From NCBI GenBank assembly GCA_023898565.1, contig CP060228.1, positions 560,594 to 624,593 on the forward strand: 64,000 nt of DNA, written 5' to 3'. Positions within the stretch are counted from its first letter, which is position 1, and each line of letters begins with the position of its first letter. Below, piece after piece: positions 52,653-62,978 of the stretch. The position numbers and the translations under genes are program-made. The notes beneath the pieces are model-generated. The model was given only the letters and a program-made list of their open reading frames with translations. It was not told the DNA's origin and did no database searches. This stretch comes from Candidatus Nomurabacteria bacterium. Lineage in GTDB: Bacteria; Patescibacteriota; Minisyncoccia; Phycocordibacterales; UBA918.

Positions 52653-53855
52653 TCAGGCCAGGCTTTTATTGCCGTCGGCACGCATCACGCTTGTGCCTGC
52701 GGGTGCGAGTGCGCCATCTTTGCGAGCATGACCAGCGAGCGCGATCATGATGCTGTTGTCGGTGGAGAGTCCCGGTGGTGGGAAGTACGCTGTTACTTCA
52801 GGGTGCTCGGTGAGCAGCTTGGCTTCCATGACTTGTTTGATGTGGCGGTTGGCACTAACACCGCCGCCTACAATCAATGTGGTGGCGCCATGGGTTTCAA
52901 TGGCATCGATGGTTTTCTTGACCAGTACGGTAGTGACGGCGTCTTCGAAGTCGCGCGCAACGGCAGCGATTTCATCGTCCGAAAGGGTGTCTTGCTTAGA
53001 GCTGTTTATGTTGTTTTGGACGGCGTAACGGACGGCGGTCTTCAGGCCCGAAAACGAAAAGTCTAAATCGCCTGAGTGCAGCATTGGCGTCGGCAGCTCA
53101 GTAAAAGTTGGTAGTTTTCGTTTTCGGGCCTCTGCCGCTCGCTTGGAAATCTCCGGTCCACCTGGATACGGAATGCCCATTAAGCGTGCGACCTTATCAA
53201 ACGCTTCTCCGACGGCATCGTCTCTAGTTTGGCCAATTTTTTCATACGTTCCCCAGTCACGCATGAGAATCAGCTCAGTGTGGCCACCAGAAATGAGTAG
53301 TGAAATGGCAGGGAATGAAATATCAGAGAGTTGGTTGTCGCGGTCGGCATCAAAAATGCTAGCGAGGATATGACCTTCCATGTGGTTGGTTGGTACTACT
53401 GGTGCATCCCACAAGAGCGCTAATGCTCGTGCAAAATTTACCCCCACCCACAGTGCAGGTTCGAGGCCAGGACCGCTCGTCACTGCAATCAAATCCACTG
53501 GCAGCGCGCCGTGTTCTTGGTGGAAGGTGAGGAGTTGGTCAGCGAGTCCGTGTTCGCGGTTTAAGATTTCTCGAACAGCAGCTTCAGTTTCTTGCTCAAT
53601 GTGTGGGGTGAAATCAGGTTTTTCTAAGCCGCTTTCGGTCCAAGCTTTTTCGAGCATGGCTACAATTGTCGCTGCGTGCTCGCGCTTGGCGAGTGCCGGA
53701 AAGACACCGCCGTATTCGCGATGAATATCAATCTGTGACCAGAGGCCGTTTCCGAGTACTTCATACGTGGCGTGCGGGAAAGTGCCAGTGGCCTGTACGA
53801 GGCTGACGGCGGTTTCATCACACGAAGTTTCAATTGATAGTATCAACATGGCCAA
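52653..53855 (-). CDS. tsaD: tRNA N6-adenosine threonylcarbamoyltransferase TsaD (Kae1/YgjD family)
   Basis: N-terminal LSIETSCDETAVSL; ASKH-fold metal-binding His pair; 400 aa with C-terminal extension. Confidence 0.8.
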   Translation of the reverse strand: MAMLILSIETSCDETAVSLVQATGTFPHATYEVLGNGLWSQIDIHREYGGVFPALAKREHAATIVAMLEKAWTESGLEKPDFTPHIEQETEAAVREILNREHGLADQLLTFHQEHGALPVDLIAVTSGPGLEPALWVGVNFARALALLWDAPVVPTNHMEGHILASIFDADRDNQLSDISFPAISLLISGGHTELILMRDWGTYEKIGQTRDDAVGEAFDKVARLMGIPYPGGPEISKRAAEARKRKLPTFTELPTPMLHSGDLDFSFSGLKTAVRYAVQNNINSSKQDTLSDDEIAAVARDFEDAVTTVLVKKTIDAIETHGATTLIVGGGVSANRHIKQVMEAKLLTEHPEVTAYFPPPGLSTDNSIMIALAGHARKDGALAPAGTSVMRADGNKSLA

Positions 53856-53904
53856 ACTATACGAAAAAGATACAAATTAGTCTATGTGCGGTATAGTATT
53901 TCCC

Positions 53905-54786
53905 ATGCAGACAATCGTAACGCATGATGGAAGCTTCCATCCCGACGACATCTTAGCTGTCGCTACTATTAAGATTTTGCTCGGTGATGAACCGACTACT
54001 ATTATTCGAACTCGTGAAGATGAGGTTATTGCCAGTGCTGATTGGGTAGTAGATGTAGGTAATGTGTATGACTCAGCTACACAGCGGTTTGATCATCATC
54101 AAAATGGTCTAGAAGTGCGTGAGAACAAGATTCCGTACGCCGCATTTGGCTTGGTCTGGAAAGAATTTGGTGCGCAAATTTGCGGCTCAGCAGAAATTGC
54201 GGCCGATATCGACCAGCTTATCGTGCAGCCCATCGATGCTGGCGACAATGGGGTAGGTCTCTATGACGTAAATGAGTACGAAGTTAAGCCGTATGAGCTA
54301 TTCAGTGTATTTAGTGCTTTTCGTCCGGTGTGGGGAAATGAACACGAAAACGACACGGCATTTGTTGAAGCAGTTGATTTCGCCAAGATGCTTCTCGAAA
54401 AGATTATCGCTCATGCGCAACGTGCTCAGGCTGTGCGGCAGGTGGCAGAAGCTGGATATCAAGCTGCCGATGATAAAGAATTGTTGGTGTTTGATGATCC
54501 GGTTGACCGGCATATGTTTGTGCGGTATCCAGATGTGAAAATGGTCGTGTACCCATCTGATGTGAGTAAGCAAAAATGGAAAGCCTCCACGGTGCCAACC
54601 GGTGAGAAAGCATTTGAGTCGCGCGTTGATTTTCCTAAAGACTGGAGCGGTTTACGAGACGATGAGCTTGCTGAGAAGACAGGTATAGCTGATGCAATCT
54701 TTTGTCATAAGGGCGTATTTCTTTTTGTTGCAGCGAGTAAGGAGTCGGCGATTACGGCAGCCAAGATTGCGCTTGAAAGAGACTAG
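53905..54786 (+). CDS. MYG1/UPF0160-family metal-dependent phosphohydrolase
   Basis: THDGSFHPDDILAVA N-terminal motif characteristic of MYG1 family. Confidence 0.65.
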   Translation: MQTIVTHDGSFHPDDILAVATIKILLGDEPTTIIRTREDEVIASADWVVDVGNVYDSATQRFDHHQNGLEVRENKIPYAAFGLVWKEFGAQICGSAEIAADIDQLIVQPIDAGDNGVGLYDVNEYEVKPYELFSVFSAFRPVWGNEHENDTAFVEAVDFAKMLLEKIIAHAQRAQAVRQVAEAGYQAADDKELLVFDDPVDRHMFVRYPDVKMVVYPSDVSKQKWKASTVPTGEKAFESRVDFPKDWSGLRDDELAEKTGIADAIFCHKGVFLFVAASKESAITAAKIALERD

Positions 54787-54796
54787 GGAGGGTGTA

Positions 54797-54836
54797 AAAC
54801 AGCGGGCGGGCCCAAAGGGCCCGCCCGCTGTTTTGC
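54797..54836 (+). terminator. Intrinsic terminator
   Basis: aaaacagcgggcgggccc aaa gggcccgcccgctgtttt. Confidence 0.85.
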
Positions 54837-54838
54837 TA

Positions 54839-54934
54839 GTGACCGATACAAGACTTGCACCACAAGAGTATTTCCGAAATTATGGTCGAATAAAATTCTC
54901 CCTAATTTCTAGGTCAACTTGTGGCCTCTACAAT
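54839..54934. repeat. Fragments of the tRNA-Val 3' half duplicated downstream of the gene (54839-54857 and 54916-54934)
   Basis: gtgaccgatacaagacttg and acttgtggcctctacaatg are exact copies of tRNA segments. Confidence 0.8.
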
Positions 54935-54960
54935 GAAGACGGCGGGTATAAAAATTTCGG

Positions 54961-55033
54961 TGACCGATACAAGACTTGAACTTGTGGCCTCTACAATGTC
55001 AATGTAGCGCTCTACCAGCTGAGCTAATCGGTC
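54961..55033 (-). tRNA. tRNA-Val (anticodon GAC)
   Basis: Acceptor GACCGAT/ATCGGTC; anticodon loop tTGACat; T-loop TTCAAGT. Confidence 0.85.
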
Positions 55034-55104
55034 GTGAATGTTGAGCACTATAACAAATTTTAAAAAATTAAAACAGCCCATCTTTTGGAAAGTGGGCTGT
55101 TGGG

Positions 55105-55287
55105 TTACATTTTGGTGCCGATTTTATACGTCACCCCCTCGTGTTCGATGGTTGAGAATGCACGAACTGAAGTGTCATCCGCTTTTGCAATGTAGAAATG
55201 CGGAGCTTTATCGATTCGAGTCGGCAAAGTGCTGCCCGTTTTCAAAATTTCTTTTGCATTCTCAATGATGTGCCTTGAGATTTTCAT
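55105..55287 (-). CDS. Small hypothetical protein (60 aa)
   Basis: ORF followed on the minus strand by a terminator (rc of 55071-55100). Confidence 0.45.
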   Translation of the reverse strand: MKISRHIIENAKEILKTGSTLPTRIDKAPHFYIAKADDTSVRAFSTIEHEGVTYKIGTKM

Positions 55288-55327
55288 AAGTTTACTCAGT
55301 TTCTGTTGAGGGTCTTTTTTAACTATA

Positions 55328-56179
55328 TCATTCTATATCTAAATTGTCAATATCTCTGAAAAACTTTTTAATTTCAGAGCTAATTAATGCAAGGTCTGAT
55401 TTTCTAAATTGCTCGTGGTCTTCTCCGACTTGCTCGTGTTTCGCTTTTCCAAAATCAATAATGTAAAACAATCCGTCTTCAGAGAGCATGATGTTTCTTC
55501 TAAACAAATCATTGTGTGTAATGCCAAACTGTTCATGCATTTGTGTGATGTATAACAGTAAGTTTTGCTCAACTGCAACTCGATCGAGGGTTTTTGCAAG
55601 CTTAATGAGTTCAAGATTTTTTTTAGGCCACTCTAGAATTCTGGACAGGTTTTCTCCCATGATTCGTTCCATGCCATAAGAATGTCCCTCGCTTGGGTGA
55701 ATCCTTAAGAAGTACGGATGTGGGGTTCTGATATTATTTACTTCAAAATGATGTAGTTCATCAAGGTATTCATATTCAGTGCGCATATGATTGTTTTCGT
55801 TGTATGCATTTTGGTCGGTGATGTATTTTACGCATAGATGTGGAGCGATCGAAAGGGTGTAGGTTTCGGCAGTCCATCCATTGCCAAGGAATAGTTCAGG
55901 ATTACCAAAGCCGTTTTTAATGGCTTCATGCACGGAAAGGATTTCTTTACGAATTTCCTCATTGACTTCAGTGTGTACTTCAAGCGAACCTGAGAGTGCC
56001 ATTTTTCGTTTTAGTAAAAAATCCTTAAACTCTTGGTAAAAAATAGTAAGATCATCATCGGGTTCATCTAGTTCTTCATATCGAGTGATCCAAACACTGG
56101 CGATTTGTTCAGGTAGAGATTCTACTTGTCTGTAGAAATCTGTTTCAAGAATTTCCGGATTGGTCTCAGATGATTCCAT
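55328..56179 (-). CDS. Protein-kinase-like fold phosphotransferase (APH/choline-kinase-like)
   Basis: Catalytic HNDLFRRNIML and IIDFGKA motifs. Confidence 0.6.
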   Translation of the reverse strand: MESSETNPEILETDFYRQVESLPEQIASVWITRYEELDEPDDDLTIFYQEFKDFLLKRKMALSGSLEVHTEVNEEIRKEILSVHEAIKNGFGNPELFLGNGWTAETYTLSIAPHLCVKYITDQNAYNENNHMRTEYEYLDELHHFEVNNIRTPHPYFLRIHPSEGHSYGMERIMGENLSRILEWPKKNLELIKLAKTLDRVAVEQNLLLYITQMHEQFGITHNDLFRRNIMLSEDGLFYIIDFGKAKHEQVGEDHEQFRKSDLALISSEIKKFFRDIDNLDIE

Positions 56180-56252
56180 GTGAAAACTTTAGCATCCTCT
56201 GCCATATTTCCAAAATTTGTAAGAAATACGTCTATTTTTCGTCATAATTCAA

Positions 56253-58025
56253 ATGCCAAAAGAAACAAAGCATTCGAATACAGCTATGGAGATACCCAAT
56301 ACTCCATCTGGCTTCTTCTTCTACGTTTCAAAACCATACCGTAAGTGGGCTATTATTGCTGCTTTGGCAGTGGTTTGCGGGTCGGCGCTTGAGCAAGGCT
56401 CGGCCTATATCTTTAAGCTTATCGTAGATTCAGTTGAACAAGGAGATTATCATGCTACTTTGCAATACGCGCTGTTCTATCCTGTTTTGGTTTTGAGTAT
56501 TCAGCTATTCTTTCGGGTGAGTGGTTACGCTGGTGCTCGGTGGGCAACGAGCTCATCTTCATACACATATGAAGTTCTATCAAACTACGCGCTCGGCCAT
56601 AGTCATGGATATTTCACCAATCGCTTTTCTGGTTCACTCCTCAGTAAAATTAGCAATGTGGCAGGCGCGATAGATAGGCTGATTCCTGAAGTATTGTGGA
56701 CGCATATCAACGCATCTGTATCACTGATTGTAACTATGTCTTTCTTGTTTTTAGTCGATCCAGTTGCAGGCGGCATTTTTGTTATGCTTTTGATTGTGCT
56801 TATTTCGTACAATCGCTCACTCGCGAAAACGAAAGCCGCTATCGCAGAGGCGTCTTCGCAGGCAGGAACAGATTTGCGAGGGAGCATTGTTGATACTTTT
56901 AGCAATGTACAAGCAGTGCGCCAGTACGTGCAACACAGTGAGGAGAAGCGGAGAACATTTGATTTAATTGATCGTTATCGTGCCGCAAACCTTAAAAGTT
57001 GGATGTATACCGAAATGATGCTTTTCTGGAATGGAATGATTCTTTTTGTTTTTTCATTGGCCATGTTTTGGGTGCTTGTTCACGGCTGGCAGGCGGGTGA
57101 GATTTCTACGGGAGACATGGTGTTGGTCATCGCGCTCTATGCCCAGATTACTGGCTTGTTGATATTTATTGGTCGAGCATTCAATGCGACCGCCAGAACT
57201 GTCGGTGAAATGCGTGAAGGTCTTTCTGAACTCTTGGTGCCACACGAGATTGTGGATACTCCTGACGCAGAAGCGCTTGCCGTATCGGGAGCTGGTATTT
57301 CATGGCAGCAAGTGCGTTTTGATTTCGAAAACCAAACCATCTTCAAAGACTTTAGCCTTGATATTGCGCCCGGGCAGCGACTGGGCTTAGTCGGCCATTC
57401 GGGAGCCGGAAAATCCACTTTCGTTTCTTTGCTTTTGCGTCAGCATGAAATTGGTGGTGGTGAAATTTCAATTGATGGACAAAGTATTGCCAAGGTTACT
57501 CAAGATTCCTTGCGTCAAGCGATAGCGCTCGTGCCGCAGGAGCCGGCGCTGTTTCATCGGTCAATTCGTGACAATATTCTCTACGGCAAGCCAGATGCGT
57601 CTGAAGCTGAGGTTATTGAGGCTGCAAAGCGAGCGCAAGCGCATGATTTCATCATGGCGCTGCCAGATGGCTACAATACGTTGGTGGGTGAGCGTGGTGT
57701 AAAGCTTTCAGGTGGACAGAAGCAGCGGGTTGCGATCGCGCGCGCCATGCTTAAGGATGCGCCAATTCTCGTGCTCGATGAAGCTACTTCAGCGCTTGAT
57801 AGTGAGAGCGAAGTAGCGATTCAAAAAGCACTTGAAACACTGATGGAAGGGCGCACGGTGATTGCTATCGCACATCGCCTGTCGACGCTTCGTAAGATGG
57901 ATAGAATTATTGTGCTCAAAGCAGGGGTGATAGTTGAAGATGGTACTCATGTAGAGTTGAGCCAGGCAGGTGGTGTATATGAGCGACTCTGGAAGCATCA
58001 GGCAGGTGGTTTTTTGAAGGAGTAG
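56253..58025 (+). CDS. ABC exporter, fused permease/ATPase (MsbA-like)
   Basis: Six N-terminal TM; Walker A GHSGAGKST, LSGGQKQRVAIARA, Walker B ILVLDEATSALD. Confidence 0.85.
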   Translation: MPKETKHSNTAMEIPNTPSGFFFYVSKPYRKWAIIAALAVVCGSALEQGSAYIFKLIVDSVEQGDYHATLQYALFYPVLVLSIQLFFRVSGYAGARWATSSSSYTYEVLSNYALGHSHGYFTNRFSGSLLSKISNVAGAIDRLIPEVLWTHINASVSLIVTMSFLFLVDPVAGGIFVMLLIVLISYNRSLAKTKAAIAEASSQAGTDLRGSIVDTFSNVQAVRQYVQHSEEKRRTFDLIDRYRAANLKSWMYTEMMLFWNGMILFVFSLAMFWVLVHGWQAGEISTGDMVLVIALYAQITGLLIFIGRAFNATARTVGEMREGLSELLVPHEIVDTPDAEALAVSGAGISWQQVRFDFENQTIFKDFSLDIAPGQRLGLVGHSGAGKSTFVSLLLRQHEIGGGEISIDGQSIAKVTQDSLRQAIALVPQEPALFHRSIRDNILYGKPDASEAEVIEAAKRAQAHDFIMALPDGYNTLVGERGVKLSGGQKQRVAIARAMLKDAPILVLDEATSALDSESEVAIQKALETLMEGRTVIAIAHRLSTLRKMDRIIVLKAGVIVEDGTHVELSQAGGVYERLWKHQAGGFLKE

Positions 58026-58035
58026 GTTGATACAA

Positions 58036-58075
58036 AACGGCCGGAAGCTTCGCTTCCGGCCGTTTTGTATTCTGC
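58036..58075. terminator. Bidirectional intrinsic terminator
   Basis: aaaacggccggaagc ttcg cttccggccgtttt. Confidence 0.85.
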
Positions 58076-58077
58076 GT

Positions 58078-59253
58078 CTACCGCCCAACCGCATCACAGC
58101 GGTACTGTAGTGTTTCGTGCTTTTGACTAGCAAATAATCTTGGCACCATAATTTCCATGTGAATATTTTGGTATTGCTTGTCTGCACAGAGTCCTTGAAA
58201 CACGTCTTCGAAGACGCGAATTTCCGGATACGGTACCATGTTGAGCTCGGTTTGCGACCAATGAGCAAATTTTAAGTGACCAGCGGCAGCTTTTTCAGAA
58301 AGGGTAAAGAGTGTGGCTTGATTGCCAATTAGAGTAGCCTCAGGTACGTGGCCGGAATATAATGACCAAGACAAGTAGTGGTCGGTGACGCCAAAGTAGT
58401 TGCCGATAGGCATAATCCAGAAGAAGGCAAACGCAATCCAAGCTAGTGCATTGTGTCGTTGTCGCTTTATAAACTCAGGTAGAGAGGTTTGGAGACCAAG
58501 AAAGAGTGCGACAGCCATGCCGTAGATGCCGAAGTTCCATGGCCAGACGGAGCTGTTCCAGCTGTGACCAAGTGGTCCAAGACAGGTGAGCACCACGATA
58601 ATCATGCTGGTAGCGCCCAGAAGCGAGAGATGTCGAAAGCGTCGTGTAAAAAAGCCAAGCGCAAAACCAGCCTCAATCACGGGAATACAGAGTCCGATTA
58701 TAATGGCAATGGTTGCGCCGGTTTCGCCAAAGGGCCGCCAGAGTGATTCAGTAAACCACGGAAAGACCTCAGTAAAAAACCGAATATTAAACTTTTGCAC
58801 TCCCGCCCAGAAATACATGCCGCCAACAACGAGGCGGGCAGCATCAAGCATGTATACGCCTTGTGCATATTTTTTGGGAATTGCAAAACTAAAAAGCAGC
58901 AAGATAGCCGTGTAGTGAATAATCCATGGTTGCAGGCGGGTAATGTCTTGCGCGACAAGCAGAAGCAACGCGATGAGTGCAGCTGATACTAAATGCCCGC
59001 GGTATTTTTTAGTACATAAACTCGCTGCTAGTCCACAGACAAGGGTGGCATATAGAATATGTTGTGTTGCTGCGGAAGTAGTGAAGGGAATGATCGGACT
59101 TAATGCATAGTTGCGTAGACTCGACCATGCGTCCACAGTCATAATCAGGCTCGCGAGTGCGCCAATAATTGCGATAGTAAAGATGAGGTGTAATCGGGTG
59201 TTGTTATCAATAAGTCGAACTCGCTCTTGGAACTTCATTCGTAACAGTTTCAT
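58078..59253 (-). CDS. Polytopic membrane protein (DoxX/HTTM-like)
   Basis: About 10 TM helices; VVGGMYFWAGVQKF DoxX-like segment. Confidence 0.4.
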   Translation of the reverse strand: MKLLRMKFQERVRLIDNNTRLHLIFTIAIIGALASLIMTVDAWSSLRNYALSPIIPFTTSAATQHILYATLVCGLAASLCTKKYRGHLVSAALIALLLLVAQDITRLQPWIIHYTAILLLFSFAIPKKYAQGVYMLDAARLVVGGMYFWAGVQKFNIRFFTEVFPWFTESLWRPFGETGATIAIIIGLCIPVIEAGFALGFFTRRFRHLSLLGATSMIIVVLTCLGPLGHSWNSSVWPWNFGIYGMAVALFLGLQTSLPEFIKRQRHNALAWIAFAFFWIMPIGNYFGVTDHYLSWSLYSGHVPEATLIGNQATLFTLSEKAAAGHLKFAHWSQTELNMVPYPEIRVFEDVFQGLCADKQYQNIHMEIMVPRLFASQKHETLQYRCDAVGR

Positions 59254-59334
59254 ACGCCAGTAGTATACACCCGCATAACTTCAATGAAATAAAAGTAGTA
59301 CTATATAGCATATACGCTATAAGTAAAAAGTATC

Positions 59335-61149
59335 ATGTGTGGAATCTTTGGGTATGTGGGAAGTAAGACTGCTGCACCAGTGCTTCTGGATGGCTTGCGT
59401 ACGCTCGAGTACAGAGGGTATGACTCAGCCGGAATATTTGTGCCGGGGAATGAGCCTGTGCGGTCGGTTGGTCCGATTGATAATCTCGCTAAAAAAGTCC
59501 CTGCTGCAATTTCTGGCACCTCTGGAATCGCCCACACTCGCTGGGCGACACACGGTGCTCCGACTGAAGCAAATGCACATCCACACCTCGACATGTCTGA
59601 TGCCATTGCGCTGGTGCACAATGGCATCATCGAAAACTATCGTGAGCTACGAGAGGGGTTGGTAACACAGGGCATTATCTTTAATTCCGATACTGATTCT
59701 GAGGTTCTGGCGAAGCTAATTGGCACGATGTATAGAGGAGATTTACTTCAGGCAGTGCGTGAAGCGCTTAGGGTGGTGCGTGGCACATACGGAATAGCCG
59801 TTATGCATGCTAAGAATCCAGACGAGATTATTGTCGCACGCATGGGCAGTCCGATTGTGCTTGGCCTTGGTATTGACGAAAACCTAGTTGCGTCTGACCC
59901 TTCTGCGCTCCTTGCACACACCAAAGATGTTATTTTTCTGAATGACGGGGAGTGTGCGGTAGTAAGGAAAGGCTCGTATCAAGTGCTGACCATTGAAGGC
60001 AAGAAGCTGAACAAGCTACCCGAAAAAGTCGAGTGGGATGTAGAGTCAGTGCAGAAGCAAGGATATGAACACTTCATGCTCAAGGAAATTTATGAAGCCC
60101 CCGAAGTGATTGAGAACACCATTAGAGGTCGACTGTTGGTTGAGAAAGGACGAGCAAAACTAGGTGGTCTTGAAAGTAAACTGAATACATTGGTTGGCCT
60201 TAATCGTGTAACGATTGTTGGTTGTGGGTCAGCGTATTATGCTGGCCAGATTGGCCGCTATCTTTTTGAAGAGTATGCCAATTTGCCAACAGAGGTAGAG
60301 TTGGGGAGTGAGTATCGGTATAAGAAGAATCTGCCCGATAAAAGGAATGCGGTGCTTGCGATTACTCAGTCTGGCGAGACAGCAGACACTTTGGCGTCTG
60401 TGCGCGAAGCGAAGAGACTGGGTCTTCTGACGATTGGTGTGGTGAATACCGTTGGTTCGACAATCGCGCGCGAAACTGATGTGGGAGTGTATAATCACGC
60501 TGGTCCAGAAATCGCAGTCGCATCCACAAAAGCGTTTATTTCTCAGCTTACTGTCTTGACTCTCATGACCTTACTCCTTGGGCGAGAGCGTGGACTTAGT
60601 CTGGCAGAAGGTCAAAAAATTGCGCGTGGACTCATTGAGCTGCCTGGCGTCTTACGTGACATGTTGGCTGATACAAGTCATATTAAAGCGGTGGCAACAC
60701 GGTATGCAAGGTATTCGAATGCTATGTTTATCGGTCGCAAGTTGCATACTCCCATTGCGTACGAGGGGGCGCTTAAGCTGAAGGAGGTAACATACACTCA
60801 TGCTGAAGCATATGCTGGCGGCGAGTTGAAGCATGGCTCGATTGCGCTTCTTGATGAACATTTCCCTGTGGTTGCTCTTGTGCCAGAAGATGATGTGTAT
60901 GAAAAAATGATTTCTAATATTGAAGAGGTGCGGGCACGAAAAGCGCCGGTCTTGGCCATTGCCACCGAGGGCGACCGACAGATTGATGCGCTGGCAGACG
61001 ATGTGCTTTTCGTGCCCAAAGTCCACCCAATTTTGCAGCCGATAGTGTCCACTATACCGTTACAGTTACTTGCGTATTATGTTGGGGTAGAGAAGGGACT
61101 TAATGTTGATCGACCGCGCAATTTGGCAAAGAGCGTGACGGTGGAGTAA
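59335..61149 (+). CDS. glmS: Glutamine--fructose-6-phosphate aminotransferase (isomerizing)
   Basis: N-terminal MCGIFGY Ntn-amidotransferase; two SIS domains; C-terminal ...KSVTVE. Confidence 0.9.
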   Translation: MCGIFGYVGSKTAAPVLLDGLRTLEYRGYDSAGIFVPGNEPVRSVGPIDNLAKKVPAAISGTSGIAHTRWATHGAPTEANAHPHLDMSDAIALVHNGIIENYRELREGLVTQGIIFNSDTDSEVLAKLIGTMYRGDLLQAVREALRVVRGTYGIAVMHAKNPDEIIVARMGSPIVLGLGIDENLVASDPSALLAHTKDVIFLNDGECAVVRKGSYQVLTIEGKKLNKLPEKVEWDVESVQKQGYEHFMLKEIYEAPEVIENTIRGRLLVEKGRAKLGGLESKLNTLVGLNRVTIVGCGSAYYAGQIGRYLFEEYANLPTEVELGSEYRYKKNLPDKRNAVLAITQSGETADTLASVREAKRLGLLTIGVVNTVGSTIARETDVGVYNHAGPEIAVASTKAFISQLTVLTLMTLLLGRERGLSLAEGQKIARGLIELPGVLRDMLADTSHIKAVATRYARYSNAMFIGRKLHTPIAYEGALKLKEVTYTHAEAYAGGELKHGSIALLDEHFPVVALVPEDDVYEKMISNIEEVRARKAPVLAIATEGDRQIDALADDVLFVPKVHPILQPIVSTIPLQLLAYYVGVEKGLNVDRPRNLAKSVTVE

Positions 61150-61156
61150 GTATAAA

Positions 61157-61185
61157 TTGACAATACATACTTTTTATGCTATCAT
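61157..61185 (+). promoter_or_regulatory. Consensus-like sigma-70 promoter TTGACA-17-TATCAT
   Basis: Followed by aggaga SD and ATG at 61220. Confidence 0.55.
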
Positions 61186-61219
61186 AAAAAAAGTTAGTAA
61201 TTTCCGAGAGGAGACAAAA

Positions 61220-61504
61220 ATGGATTACGCTGTTGGCTATACCTTCACGGCATTGTTGATGGGCTTTGTACTCGTTGCGGTGCAAGGTGCGCTCGGATTC
61301 ATGGCTGCAAAGTTTACGAGTGAAGAAAACAATGTTAACTATGGTCGCTTCTGGCTCGGCGCTGCCGTGTTCGTGGCCATCATCACTCTGCAACATTTCA
61401 GCTTTCTCCAGGTGGTTGGCATTTCGTTCGTGAGCTTTTTGCTCGGGATGGGGGCTTACCTTCTGGTCGAAAAGTTTGATGTAGGGCATCCTGACCACGA
61501 GTGA
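61220..61504 (+). CDS. Small membrane protein (94 aa)
   Basis: Strong promoter and SD; three TM segments; terminator follows. Confidence 0.55.
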   Translation: MDYAVGYTFTALLMGFVLVAVQGALGFMAAKFTSEENNVNYGRFWLGAAVFVAIITLQHFSFLQVVGISFVSFLLGMGAYLLVEKFDVGHPDHE

Positions 61505-61604
61505 TTCTCATCTTTAAACACCCTGCTTCGGCCGGGTGTTTTTATATTGACTTTCTGATGCGGTCGGCGTACGGTTTGTGTAGGTACATGCACAGGAGAA
61601 CATC

Positions 61605-61934
61605 ATGTCAGAAAAACTCAATCCTGAGTTTGGTGGCCTCACGTTTGATGAGTGGGCGAAACTCGCAAAGTCTAGTCCAGATTTGTTTGCGCTGAAACGC
61701 TTGGAGGTGACTGCCGAGTACATCGCTTCAGTGCCAGAGCAGTATCGTCTTCGACTTGAGCAGCTGCAGTTTCGTGTGAATGGTCTTCGTGCCAAGTATG
61801 GAAAGTGTCCGCTGGCTTCGGCGCAGGTGTTGCAAGACGAGATGTTTGCCTCACTACGCTGTCTTGGTGGTGAGTTGCGTGAGCTGGAAGGGCTTTTGTC
61901 TTCAAGTCCAGAGGGACTTCGTTCGGTGAAGTAA
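61605..61934 (+). CDS. Hypothetical protein (DUF3135-like)
   Basis: 109 aa, helical; pattern FDEWAKLAKSSPDLF...RLRLEQLQFRV. Confidence 0.45.
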   Translation: MSEKLNPEFGGLTFDEWAKLAKSSPDLFALKRLEVTAEYIASVPEQYRLRLEQLQFRVNGLRAKYGKCPLASAQVLQDEMFASLRCLGGELRELEGLLSSSPEGLRSVK

Positions 61935-61970
61935 ATAGGCCGCGTGCGTAGCACGCGGCCTTTGCTTTGA
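61935..61970 (+). terminator. Intrinsic terminator
   Basis: aaataggccgcgtgc gta gcacgcggcctttgcttt. Confidence 0.8.
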
Positions 61971-62003
61971 CATATTTTTTGTTTGCAGTACTTTACTACA
62001 TAG

Positions 62004-62285
62004 ATGTGTAAAAGTGAGGAGCTTGCAATGGAACTCGAGACTTTTCTTGCTACATCGTGGTGGATCTTTACAATCGAGTTATTTTTAGGAATGTTGGCCG
62101 GGCTCTCGTATCATTTTTCATTTCAGAGACTAACCACGCTTCTGGTGCTGCTCGCAATCGGTTTCATCTTGGTGGTAGCTGTTTTTTCAACAGCCAAGCT
62201 TCCCATTTTCGGCATCGCTCTAATCTGCGGAGTAGTTGGTTTTTGTGCCGGTCACAGCTATGGAATCGTTAGATTTCCTCGTTAA
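62004..62285 (+). CDS. Small membrane protein
   Basis: Three TM helices; terminator follows (62286-62320). Confidence 0.45.
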   Translation: MCKSEELAMELETFLATSWWIFTIELFLGMLAGLSYHFSFQRLTTLLVLLAIGFILVVAVFSTAKLPIFGIALICGVVGFCAGHSYGIVRFPR

Positions 62286-62317
62286 AATATTCACCCAGCT
62301 TTTTGGCTGGGTGAATT

Positions 62318-62866
62318 TTACTTTAGCGTGGCGTTGGCAAGTGTGGCTAGTGTAGTGGTGGTATTCCAGTTGCGAATGGTTATGTGTTTGTATTGAGGCA
62401 GTGCTATTATTTTTGATAATTTACTGCTACCACTTCTGGCTATAAGTCTGGAGGTGTAGAGCGCTTTGGTGCCGACATATAGCGTGTCTACTTCAGGGTG
62501 GAGCGGGAAGTTGGCGGCGGCTGCTTGTGGAGCAAGCGGTCGCTTCAGAAAGTACACATCGTATCGAAACATATCTACGTTATCTCCAAAACCAGATGGT
62601 GCTTCTCTGACAATGGTTGCCAATTCAGATGTGCTCATAATTACGACGACACCGGAGTATCCAAAACGGCGCTTGAGCATTGCTTCTATAGTATTCTCAA
62701 GTTCTACGATGTTCGTGCGAGGAGTTGTGAATAGCACATTTCCGCTTTGAATATACGTTAGAACATTATCGTAGCCTGACTGTTCAAAACATAGTTTAAG
62801 ATCCGTCATTTTTATTATATTGTTCCCGCCGACATTTATGCCTCGTAGTAGTGCAAGATATTTCAT
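62318..62866 (-). CDS. DUF1697-family protein
   Basis: N-terminal LALLRGINVGGNN motif. Confidence 0.6.
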   Translation of the reverse strand: MKYLALLRGINVGGNNIIKMTDLKLCFEQSGYDNVLTYIQSGNVLFTTPRTNIVELENTIEAMLKRRFGYSGVVVIMSTSELATIVREAPSGFGDNVDMFRYDVYFLKRPLAPQAAAANFPLHPEVDTLYVGTKALYTSRLIARSGSSKLSKIIALPQYKHITIRNWNTTTTLATLANATLK

Positions 62867-62978
62867 CGTGTGTGCAGTTTACTCATGCGCTAGTTAGTAT
62901 ATATCAAAAACCAACTTCACAGCGAGAGGTCATTTGTGATTGAGTTGGCTGCACTTCATCTTATTCGCACGTACTTTA

